Position numbers and translations under genes: made by a program
The notes under the pieces: generated by a model
The model's database searches: none
Seen by the model: only the letters and a program-made list of their open reading frames with translations
Told to the model about the DNA's origin: nothing
Shown here: positions 37,946-46,315 of the stretch, piece by piece
Position numbering within the stretch: position 1 is the stretch's first letter
Layout: each line of letters opens with the position of its first letter
Assembly (NCBI GenBank): GCA_038874135.1
Contig: JAVZCZ010000001.1
Location: 608,001 to 672,000 of the forward strand
Length of the DNA: 64,000 bases
Reading direction: 5' to 3'
From: Candidatus Woesearchaeota archaeon
Lineage (GTDB): Archaea > Nanobdellota > Nanobdellia > Woesearchaeales > 0-14-0-80-44-23

Positions 37946-39265
37946 TTAAATGAAACTAAGCGGCTCCCTCTCTGAGATTTCACCTCTGAAATTCTTCAGG
38001 ATTAGGTTGTTCCTTTTTATTTCTTCAACAGAGAAGTTACTTAGTAGCCAGGCCAGCTTTATGAAGGTGGTTTCAGGAGTCATATCAGAGTAATTACCCA
38101 GCACTCCCGCATCCAGAAGCTTCCTTCCAGGGCTGTACACGTTCATATTTACTCTTCCAAATATTGTTTGCGTGCTCATAACTACCACTTTTTCTTTTGC
38201 AATCTTGGCTATCGCTTTGAATATCTTTTCATTTTCTTCAGTAAACTCGTCGCTTTTCGTTATAGGCATATGCCCAAGTCCAGTTCCCTCCAGCACTATT
38301 CCGTCATAGTGTGAAAATCTTTCAATCTCATCAGCATACATGTTCGGGTGCGATTTAATAATTCCAATTTTTAAGTTCTCCTTTATAGGCATTAGTTTTA
38401 GAGTGAAATTTCTTGATCTTCGCGTGTAGTTTTCTGAGAAGATTTTTATTCTTCTGTTTTCATAATCTACGAGAGCTATTGGTTCAGAATTTACTGCTTT
38501 AAAAGCATCTCTTCTTGAAGAGTGGAGCTTTCTGCACTTACATGCTGGCAGTATTGCAGCAAGCCTATCCTCTGTGGAGTGGTGCATACAGACTGCGACT
38601 CCTGCAAAGTCGGAGTTAGATATGAAATACGCAGCAGAGGTTAGGTTCAGCGCGGCGTCAGAGCTTCCCCTGTCTGAGCTTCTCTGCGATCCAACTATAA
38701 TTATAGGAATTGAAATTCCGTCAAGAATAAATGAGAGGGCTGCTGCAGTGTAATGCAGCGTGTCAGTTCCTTGAGTTATTATTATGCCGTCGCTTCCAGC
38801 TTCTACTTCCTTTTTAACCTCCTCTGCTAAAAGGTTGTAATGTGCAAATCTCATGTCGTCTGACATCATGTTGCGAACAAGTCTGCTTTTTATATTAGCT
38901 ATTTCTCCGAGCTCCGGCACCATCTCTAAAATTTCTTCAGGTGAGAACTTTGCCTTGACTGCTCCAGTTTCATAATCCACTTTTGAGGCAATTGTCCCTC
39001 CAGCGTGCAGTATTGATATTGTTGGAAGCCCCTCGCGTTTTTCAGAAACTGCAGTCCTAACATTTTTTTCCTCTTTTTGATTAAAAATTCTTTCTAGGGA
39101 TTTGGCTTCAATAATCCCTCTTTTTGGAATTGACACCTGATATCCGCTTTCCAGCTTGAGTACTAAGTCTTCCTCATCTTCTTTTATTATCATCCCGTAA
39201 AACTCGCCCTGTGCTGTTCTAACTAAAAACCAGTTTCCAGTTTCAAAGTTAAAGCTTCTTTCCAT
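37946..39265 (-). CDS. gatD: Glu-tRNA(Gln) amidotransferase subunit D
   Basis: GGTIASKVDYETG, GTDT, GSQRSSDRGSSD, GTGLGH. Confidence 0.97.
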   Translation of the reverse strand: MERSFNFETGNWFLVRTAQGEFYGMIIKEDEEDLVLKLESGYQVSIPKRGIIEAKSLERIFNQKEEKNVRTAVSEKREGLPTISILHAGGTIASKVDYETGAVKAKFSPEEILEMVPELGEIANIKSRLVRNMMSDDMRFAHYNLLAEEVKKEVEAGSDGIIITQGTDTLHYTAAALSFILDGISIPIIIVGSQRSSDRGSSDAALNLTSAAYFISNSDFAGVAVCMHHSTEDRLAAILPACKCRKLHSSRRDAFKAVNSEPIALVDYENRRIKIFSENYTRRSRNFTLKLMPIKENLKIGIIKSHPNMYADEIERFSHYDGIVLEGTGLGHMPITKSDEFTEENEKIFKAIAKIAKEKVVVMSTQTIFGRVNMNVYSPGRKLLDAGVLGNYSDMTPETTFIKLAWLLSNFSVEEIKRNNLILKNFRGEISEREPLSFI

Positions 39266-39387
39266 CTAAGCCCCTCTTATGCTTCTCAGAGGTGTTAGAT
39301 GCGGTATATATTAAAATCTTTTCGGATGAAACTTATTGGGAAAAATTTAAAAGATAGGACTTCCTCTATGCTGAGCGAGGTGGTAGT

Positions 39388-39696
39388 ATGCAGGTTGAGC
39401 ATTTTGGAAATCTTTCAAAAAAGATAATTCTGATAGGTCTGATAGCAATTCTTACAGGAATCGCTGTTGTAGCTTGGATATTTACAACCACGCCAGCATT
39501 TCTCTTTGGAATCTACGCCGGCTTCCTCTGGATTATGGCGGTTGGCATAATAATCATGGCAGCATATCTAGACGAGATAAGTATGGAGCTGAAAGGGTTG
39601 TATTCACAGCAGACAGATGAGCTTAAGCTTCTAAGGGCTGAGGTTGGACTTCTCAGGCACGAGATGACTAGCCCTGAAAAGAAGGGTAAGAGGTAA
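39388..39696 (+). CDS. Small two-TM membrane protein with coiled-coil tail
   Basis: SD GAGGTGG; two hydrophobic segments. Confidence 0.7.
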   Translation: MQVEHFGNLSKKIILIGLIAILTGIAVVAWIFTTTPAFLFGIYAGFLWIMAVGIIIMAAYLDEISMELKGLYSQQTDELKLLRAEVGLLRHEMTSPEKKGKR

Positions 39697-39703
39697 AGCC
39701 ATA

Positions 39704-40255
39704 TTATTTTTTTACTCTCTCCCTTCTTAAAAAGTCACCCAGATCAAAATTGTTTATAATTATAACATCTTTCTTTGCATTATCAGCTATCCTTCCATAT
39801 CCCAAACATTCTAGTGTGGAGTTGAAAATGAGGTACAGCTGAGCAGTTTTTGAAGAGGTGTGCATCTTTACTATTCCCCGCCGCATCACATCCCTGCCGC
39901 ATAGGAAGAGCCACGCAGCCTTATCATTCAGAACAACATAGTTAAGCTCATCTTTGAATATGCTAAGCTCGTTGAGAAAAGGATAAGCACACCTAAACCT
40001 ATCGTTTTTAAAACTTCCTACCCTCACTCCTAAGTATAAAACATCTCTCAACAGTGTAGCGAAGCTTACTAAGTCTTCTGGCGCAATGAAAATTTCCTCA
40101 TTGAGAATTACTAAGCCCTTCCCCTCATTTATCTTACTTTCTAGCATTTCCTGGAATATCCTTTCAGGATTGTCTGCTCCGAAATTCTTTATGAATTGAA
40201 TAACTGATTTTTTAATAGCATTTAATGAGGCTTTACCTTCTACTTCTTTTTTCAT
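39704..40255 (-). CDS. NIP7-like PUA-domain ribosome biogenesis protein
   Basis: AAWLFLCGRDV, LGYG, DLGDFLRRE; directly downstream of a NOP2-type MTase; likely start 40255. Confidence 0.7.
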   Translation of the reverse strand: MKKEVEGKASLNAIKKSVIQFIKNFGADNPERIFQEMLESKINEGKGLVILNEEIFIAPEDLVSFATLLRDVLYLGVRVGSFKNDRFRCAYPFLNELSIFKDELNYVVLNDKAAWLFLCGRDVMRRGIVKMHTSSKTAQLYLIFNSTLECLGYGRIADNAKKDVIIINNFDLGDFLRRERVKK

Positions 40256-40260
40256 AATCT

Positions 40261-41163
40261 TCAGCCCTTTTTCAGTTTCGCTATGAAAAAACCCTGCGTG
40301 CCCGTTAGATGGGGCCACAACCTTCTCGCTAGACTAACTGATTTTTCATATTCTCTACCATTAAATTCTAAGACAGCTGGAACTCCTATTTCAAGTCCGG
40401 TTTGTTCAGCTTGCATGCCCAAAACCCTTATTGCGTAGTCCACAATCTCTTCATCTTCTTCTGGCTCAAGAGAGCAGGTTGAATATACTATAGTTCCACC
40501 CCTCTTAAGCAGTTTGAACGCTTTCTCTATAAGCCTTTTTTGCATTTCAGAATTTTTTAATATTCCTGCAATGTTTCTCTTAACGAACCAGTTTGGTTCG
40601 CTTAGATAATTCCCGGAACATGGCGCATCAAGAAGGATTCTGTCAAATCTTTCTCCTGCTTCAATTTCAAGAGCATCCTTAAGCAGTACTGCAGCGTTTC
40701 TGCAACCGGTTCTTTCCAGGTTGTTTGAGAGGGCTTCAGCCCTCTTTCTATTTTTTTCAACAGCAATTAAAACACCAGTGTTGTTCATCAGCTCGCAGAG
40801 CTGTGTGCTCTTTGAACCGGGAGCAGCGCACATATCCAGCACAACCTCGCCCGGGCTTGGATTAAGCACTACTGCTGGAATCATTGAAGCGGCTTCTTGA
40901 AGATAATAATAACCTAGTAAATATTCTGGAGTTGCTCCTAAGGAAAATCTGCTTTCATAATAAAACGCATTCTTAACAAAGGGTATCTCTTCTAAGGACA
41001 CTCCTTTTTCTTCCAACCGCCTCTTCACCTCGCTCGTGCTAATCTTTAAAGTATTGACTCTTAATGTTTTTCTAAGCTGAATATCCTGAATGTCGCCTCC
41101 TATGCTCTTATACCTTTTAAGAAAGAATGATTGATCCATGAAGTAAATTAAAGTAGTGACCAT
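40261..41163 (-). CDS. RsmB/NOL1/NOP2 family RNA m5C methyltransferase (paralog)
   Basis: QEAASM, LDMCAAPGSKS, LLDAPCSG, VYSTCSLEPEE, GFFIAKL. Confidence 0.95.
   Translation of the reverse strand: MVTTLIYFMDQSFFLKRYKSIGGDIQDIQLRKTLRVNTLKISTSEVKRRLEEKGVSLEEIPFVKNAFYYESRFSLGATPEYLLGYYYLQEAASMIPAVVLNPSPGEVVLDMCAAPGSKSTQLCELMNNTGVLIAVEKNRKRAEALSNNLERTGCRNAAVLLKDALEIEAGERFDRILLDAPCSGNYLSEPNWFVKRNIAGILKNSEMQKRLIEKAFKLLKRGGTIVYSTCSLEPEEDEEIVDYAIRVLGMQAEQTGLEIGVPAVLEFNGREYEKSVSLARRLWPHLTGTQGFFIAKLKKG
40802..40890 (-). repeat. 89-bp inverted repeat, copy 2
   Basis: Matches 31778..31866 with three synonymous differences. Confidence 0.9.
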
Positions 41164-41185
41164 TTAAAAATGTTGATGTGAAGAA

Positions 41186-41258
41186 AGCCTCTGGAGGGAC
41201 TTGCACCCTCGACCTACTGATTACAAGTCAGTCGCTCTAGCTCCTGAGCTACAGAGGC
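41186..41258 (-). tRNA. tRNA-Thr(TGT)
   Basis: GCCTCTG acceptor, anticodon arm ACTGA-CTTGTAA-TCAGT, T-arm GAGGG-TGCAAGT-CCCTC. Confidence 0.93.
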
Positions 41259-41319
41259 GTATTTTTGCTGGTTCAAAAACACCTTTTTAAAGCTTTTCTA
41301 TTTTAGAGCTCAGTTAGGA

Positions 41320-41889
41320 TCACTCGTAGCCTTTTGGTTCGTGGAAGAGTTGCTTTTCTGGAGTGTACTGGTATAGCTCAAAGTACATCTTTATTATGGA
41401 GTATAGCTTGTTAACCTCATCCAGGAGTATCTTCTTGTGCATTTCCATCTCTTTTATCCACACTCTCCTCTTGAAGAATTCTAAGAATAACTTCATAAAC
41501 CACGACTTGTCCCACTCCTTCCCATAGTCAAGCTCAACCGTCCCATTTATGAATATGTTAAGTTCTCCCTTTTGAGCTTTTATCTTTTTGTCCTTGAATT
41601 GCACTTCAACATCGCTCACTGCAACGCCCAAGTATTCCATGTTTATCTTATAGGTTATTCTGGAATTGCTGGACGGCTTTTTAAACCTCCACCATATGTT
41701 CATAACATATGTGGAGCCGCTCTCCTCGTGGGAATAGAATGGCTCCATAAAAGAATCCTTATTGTCAGTCAGGTCTTGATATCCATTTTCAATGAACCAG
41801 TCGTGAAGCATCTCATAAAGGGGCTTATAAGCCGCAGTTGCTTTATATCTAAAGGCGATTTCAGGCAGTTTTATCTTTAATGTGCCCAT
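41320..41889 (-). CDS. Conserved hypothetical protein
   Basis: Intact ORF (LYEMLHDWFIENGY...LDYGKEW); likely ATG 41889. Confidence 0.7.
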   Translation of the reverse strand: MGTLKIKLPEIAFRYKATAAYKPLYEMLHDWFIENGYQDLTDNKDSFMEPFYSHEESGSTYVMNIWWRFKKPSSNSRITYKINMEYLGVAVSDVEVQFKDKKIKAQKGELNIFINGTVELDYGKEWDKSWFMKLFLEFFKRRVWIKEMEMHKKILLDEVNKLYSIIKMYFELYQYTPEKQLFHEPKGYE

Positions 41890-41990
41890 AAAAGTTTTCA
41901 ATCTCTTCAAGCTTTATAAATCTTTCCGACTGGCATAGACCACAAGTTTTATATAGGTATTAGTTCAAAAATGGGCGAAGAGGTGGAAGC

Positions 41991-42311
41991 ATGGCAAAAA
42001 AGCAAAAAAAGAAGACCTCTCACCAAGCAGTAAAGAAGAAGGTGCAAGCTAAGAAGAAGACCGGGCAGAAGAGTGTAAAGCATGCACACAAGAATGCATC
42101 TTCAAAAACGAAGCGAAATGTAAAAGAGGAGAAGATGCAAAGAACTGCTAAACAACCTAAAGAGGAAGAAGAATTTTATGTGGATGAAGATGAGATAAGA
42201 GAGGAACCGTTCCCTTACTTCGCGGAAGATAGAGAAAATGAGGTTCCGGACGCTGACGAACCTGGTTATGACTTTGATGAAGACGAGTCCAGTTATGAGG
42301 ATGAATTTTAA
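41991..42311 (+). CDS. Bipolar low-complexity protein (Lys-rich N-half, Asp/Glu-rich C-half)
   Basis: TTTATATA promoter, SD GAGGTGG, strong charge segregation. Confidence 0.75.
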   Translation: MAKKQKKKTSHQAVKKKVQAKKKTGQKSVKHAHKNASSKTKRNVKEEKMQRTAKQPKEEEEFYVDEDEIREEPFPYFAEDRENEVPDADEPGYDFDEDESSYEDEF

Positions 42312-42326
42312 ATCTTTTTTATAAAA

Positions 42327-42351
42327 CATCCTGCCAGATAAAGGCAGGGTG
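42327..42351 (+). terminator. GC-rich intergenic hairpin
   Basis: CATCCTGCC-AGATAAA-GGCAGGGTG downstream of the 106-aa gene. Confidence 0.3.
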
Positions 42352-42406
42352 GCGCCTTTCTGAAAAAGTTTAAATACTTGAATGCTAATTTAATGGTGAA
42401 AAAGAG

Positions 42407-42892
42407 GTGTTCAAAATATCCAATTTCTTACAAAATGCAGTTAAGGTTCTGGTGCTCGCTAACGGCACAGTAGTTAGAAATCTCTATGATCTCAGATTGG
42501 CTTTAAAATACATGGATGATAAGACTTTCTCCATTCATGTTAACCGGAATAAGAATGACTTTGTAAATTGGATCGAAGTTGCAATAGGAGACGTTAATCT
42601 GGCAAACAGCCTCCGATCAGCCACAACAAAGAAGGAAATGTATGAGATAGTTGATAGGAGAATAGAGTTTTTATCTTCCTCACTCACTACACGTTCTGAA
42701 AGCGAAGACAAAAAAATCCAGTCCCAGAACGATAAATATATTGATTATGAGTCCCTAGAAGATGATGTAAAGAAGGAAATTCTTAAAATTGAAGAGGGGC
42801 TTGGGCTTGAAAGGTTTAGGAAGGGACTTATTGAATTCCTCTTCGGTCTGGTGCTAGGCATCCTTTTCGGGTTCCTGCTGGCGATGCTTTAG
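42407..42892 (+). CDS. DUF5752-like domain protein with C-terminal TM anchor
   Basis: NL.DL..AL..M....F..HV....NDF.NWI....GD..LA motif; hydrophobic tail. Confidence 0.7.
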   Translation: MFKISNFLQNAVKVLVLANGTVVRNLYDLRLALKYMDDKTFSIHVNRNKNDFVNWIEVAIGDVNLANSLRSATTKKEMYEIVDRRIEFLSSSLTTRSESEDKKIQSQNDKYIDYESLEDDVKKEILKIEEGLGLERFRKGLIEFLFGLVLGILFGFLLAML

Positions 42893-42903
42893 CACGGTAA
42901 AAT

Positions 42904-44259
42904 TCACCTGAACCTTATACTACTCCCGCCAACCTTTCCAACCTTCCTTACAAGCTGTTCAAGGTTTCGCGGAGTCCCGCCGGAGAATGCTTTTATAAGC
43001 TTCTTACTCTGTTTATACTGCTTTAAGAGCTCCCTGACATCCTTAGCAGATGTTCCAGAGCCGCGCGCAATCCTTTCAACCCTTCCAAAGTCAATTATTT
43101 CCGGATTTTCCAGTTCATATTTAGTCATTGAGTCCATAATGAACTTCCAGCGCTTAAGCTTTTCATCCTGCACAGAAATTAGCTCCTTAGGAATTGAAGC
43201 GCTGCTGAGTCCAGGAATCATATTTATAATGCTGCTGAGAGGTCCCATCTTTTTAACTGCTTGCATCTGCTCATAGAGATCTAATAGGTTAAAGTCTCCT
43301 TTCAGCATTTTATCTTTGATTTTTTCAGCATCTTTTTCAGAAATTGCATCTTTTGCTTTCTCCAGCAGAGCGTCTATGTCCCCCATTCCGAGCAGCCTTG
43401 AAACAAATCCTGCGGGGTTGAACTCTTCTAAGTCCTCAATTTTTTCTCCAACACCTATAAACTTGACCGGGGTTCCAGTCGCTGCGCAGGCAGATAGTGC
43501 ACCCCCTCCCTTGGCAGTGCCCTCCATTTTTGTTATTATTACCCCAGTTATCTTGCAGTTGGCATGAAAGCTTTCCGCCTGAAATCTTGCACTCTGTCCA
43601 ATGTCAGCACTTATTACGAGAAGGTTTTCATCCGGCAGGATGCGCTCGTAGAGAGCTCTTATCTCCCTTATCAACTCATCTGAGAGAGCATCCCTTCCAG
43701 CAGTGTCTATTATTGCTATGTCATACTTCTTTATCTCATCTTCAAACTTTTCATATATCTTTAAAGCATCTCCAAGCTTAGGATCGCCATATACTGGCAC
43801 GCCGATTGACCTTCCAAGCTGTGTGAGCTGTTCAAAGCCGGCGGGCCTGTATATGTCTGTTTGGAGCAGGCAGACTTTGAATCCTCTTTTCTGGAAGAAT
43901 CTTGCGAGTTTTGCAGCCTGGGTTGTCTTTCCAGAAGCGTACAGCCCCACTAGCATTATTTTGAAGTTTTTCTTGTTAACTTCTATCTTAGCGCCCTTTT
44001 CTCCGAGAAATCTGACAAGCTCTTCATAAACTATCTTTATGAGCTGTTCCTTCTTGCTAAGCCCGGGGGTTTCCTCTTTTAAAGCGCGCTCTCTTATCCT
44101 GCTGGAAAGTTCAAAAACCAGTTTTACATCCACATCAGATTGGAGAAGTGCCTTCTGAATCTCCTTCACAAGCTCATTTATCAGTTTTTCATCTACAAAT
44201 AGGCTTTGAGATATCCTCTTTAGCACTCCTCTGAGAGAATCTCCAAGTTTTTCCAGCAT
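42904..44259 (-). CDS. srp54: Signal recognition particle protein SRP54
   Basis: SGKTT, DTAGR, TKMEGTAKGGGALS, RIARGSG. Confidence 0.97.
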   Translation of the reverse strand: MLEKLGDSLRGVLKRISQSLFVDEKLINELVKEIQKALLQSDVDVKLVFELSSRIRERALKEETPGLSKKEQLIKIVYEELVRFLGEKGAKIEVNKKNFKIMLVGLYASGKTTQAAKLARFFQKRGFKVCLLQTDIYRPAGFEQLTQLGRSIGVPVYGDPKLGDALKIYEKFEDEIKKYDIAIIDTAGRDALSDELIREIRALYERILPDENLLVISADIGQSARFQAESFHANCKITGVIITKMEGTAKGGGALSACAATGTPVKFIGVGEKIEDLEEFNPAGFVSRLLGMGDIDALLEKAKDAISEKDAEKIKDKMLKGDFNLLDLYEQMQAVKKMGPLSSIINMIPGLSSASIPKELISVQDEKLKRWKFIMDSMTKYELENPEIIDFGRVERIARGSGTSAKDVRELLKQYKQSKKLIKAFSGGTPRNLEQLVRKVGKVGGSSIRFR

Positions 44260-44352
44260 TTTATACTGAGCATTCTAAATCTTTTTATAAATTTATTGCG
44301 GAACCCATCCTAATCCAAAAGTTTATATACCTTTGGCGGTTTTTTGGATTTT

Positions 44353-44411
44353 GGGCTATCTTTTGAAGTTTTTTATTATTTTTTCAAGCCCTGTTGTAGA
44401 GGGATGAAAAA
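44353..44411 (+). promoter_or_regulatory. thrS 5' leader with tRNA-Thr anticodon-like hairpin occluding the SD and start codon
   Basis: TTTTTCA-AG-CCCT-[GT TGT AG]-AGGG-A-TGAAAAA; TATA box TTTATATA at 44322. Confidence 0.6.
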
Positions 44412-46315
44412 TGGTCGTAGTAAACATGGGAAATTCTAAGCACGTATTTAAAAGCGGAATTACCTGTAGTGAGATTGCAGGCTCTCTAAATATTAAAGAC
44501 GCAGTTGCTGCTAAGGTTGATGGAGAGCAGGTTGACCTGTCATACCGCGTGGATAAGGATTGCACTCTTGAGTTCATAAAGCTGTCCTCTTCAGATGGGC
44601 TAACAATCCTTAGGCATACAGCAGCGCACATACTCGCACAAGCAGTTCTGAGATTATTTCCCAAAGCTCTTCTGACAATAGGGCCAGCTGTGGAAGATGG
44701 CTTTTATTACGACATAGACCATGAGCCTTTCACCCCGGAAGACATTAAAAGGATTGAAGAGGAGATGCATAGAATAGTCAAAGAAAACCTTCCAATCATA
44801 AGGGAAGAGATTTCAAAAGAAGAAGCATTGAAGCTTTTCAGCAAAAATCCTTACAAGATTGAGATGATAAATGAGCTTCCAGGCGGCATTGTTTCAATTT
44901 ATAGGCAGGGGGAATTCTTTGACCTGTGCAGGGGCCCACACCTTCCGTATACCTCTCTTGTGAAGGCGTTTAAGCTTACTAAGATTGCAGGCGCATACTG
45001 GCGCGCAGACGCTAAAAACAAGCAGTTGCAGAGAATATACGGCATCGCATTTCCGGAAGAAAAGCAGTTAAAATATTACATTACCATGATGGAAGAGGCA
45101 GAGCAGAGGGACCATAGGAAGATAGGAAGAGAGATGGACCTGTTCAGCTTTCACGAAGAGGGCCCGGGATTTCCTTTCTTTCACCCAAAGGGCGTAATAA
45201 TTCTAAATGAGCTCGTTCAGTTCTGGAGGGAAGAGCATTCCAAGGCAGGCTATCAGGAGATAAAGACGCCGATAATTCTTTCAAAGACACTCTGGGAGCG
45301 CAGCGGTCATTGGGAGCACTACCGCAATAACATGTACTTCACTAAGATTGATGAGAAGGACTTTGCTGTAAAACCGATGAACTGCCCAGGAGGCATTTTA
45401 GTATACAAATCCTCCCCTAAGAGTTATAGGGATCTTCCTCTCAAACTTTCTGAGCTCGGATTAGTGCACAGGCACGAGCTTTCAGGAGTGCTCTCGGGAC
45501 TATTCAGGGTGAGGTGCTTCACTCAGGACGATGCGCACATCTATGTTACAGAGGACCAGATAGAGGAGGAGGTAGTGAATGTTGTCAGACTGGTAGACAA
45601 GTTTTACAAGAAGTTCGGATTTGAATACCATGTAGAACTATCCACCAGGCCTGAGGATTATATGGGCGAACTTGAACTTTGGAATAGAGCAGAGTCAAGC
45701 CTTAAGCACGCTTTAGAATCCTTAGGAATGAAATATAAGATTAATGAGGGAGACGGAGCATTTTATGGACCTAAGATAGACTTTCACATAAAGGACTGCA
45801 TAGGCAGGACATGGCAGTGCGGCACTGTTCAGCTGGACTTTCAGATGCCCATAAAATTTGACCTGGAGTATGACGGGCAGGATGGAAAGAAGCACAGGCC
45901 AGTGATGATTCACAGGGTTGTTTATGGAAGTCTTGAGAGGTTCTTAGGCATTCTTATTGAGCACTACGCTGGAAGGTTCCCGCTTTGGCTGGCTCCAGTT
46001 CAGGTCAGAATTCTTACGGTTGCGGACAGGCATAATGAGTATGCTTCTCAGATAGAAAACATGCTCTCATCTAAGAAGCTGAGGGTTGAACTGGATTCGA
46101 AGGCTCAGACCATCGCCTATAAGGTGAGAGACGCTCAGCTGCAGAGAATTCCAGTGATACTCACAGTGGGTGATAAGGAAGTAAGCTCCAGAACAGTTGC
46201 ACTTAGGACTCTGGACGGAAGGGTTAAGTTTAATGTTGATCCAGCTAAGCTGACTGAAATCCTCATAAGGAATGTTGAGGAGCGCTCTAACTCTTTAGAG
46301 CTTGATGGAATTTAA
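44411..46315 (+). CDS. thrS: Threonyl-tRNA synthetase, bacterial type
   Basis: TGS domain, editing motifs HTAAH and DLCRGPH, KPMNCP, FTQDDAH, GAFYGPKID. Confidence 0.97.
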   Translation: MVVVNMGNSKHVFKSGITCSEIAGSLNIKDAVAAKVDGEQVDLSYRVDKDCTLEFIKLSSSDGLTILRHTAAHILAQAVLRLFPKALLTIGPAVEDGFYYDIDHEPFTPEDIKRIEEEMHRIVKENLPIIREEISKEEALKLFSKNPYKIEMINELPGGIVSIYRQGEFFDLCRGPHLPYTSLVKAFKLTKIAGAYWRADAKNKQLQRIYGIAFPEEKQLKYYITMMEEAEQRDHRKIGREMDLFSFHEEGPGFPFFHPKGVIILNELVQFWREEHSKAGYQEIKTPIILSKTLWERSGHWEHYRNNMYFTKIDEKDFAVKPMNCPGGILVYKSSPKSYRDLPLKLSELGLVHRHELSGVLSGLFRVRCFTQDDAHIYVTEDQIEEEVVNVVRLVDKFYKKFGFEYHVELSTRPEDYMGELELWNRAESSLKHALESLGMKYKINEGDGAFYGPKIDFHIKDCIGRTWQCGTVQLDFQMPIKFDLEYDGQDGKKHRPVMIHRVVYGSLERFLGILIEHYAGRFPLWLAPVQVRILTVADRHNEYASQIENMLSSKKLRVELDSKAQTIAYKVRDAQLQRIPVILTVGDKEVSSRTVALRTLDGRVKFNVDPAKLTEILIRNVEERSNSLELDGI

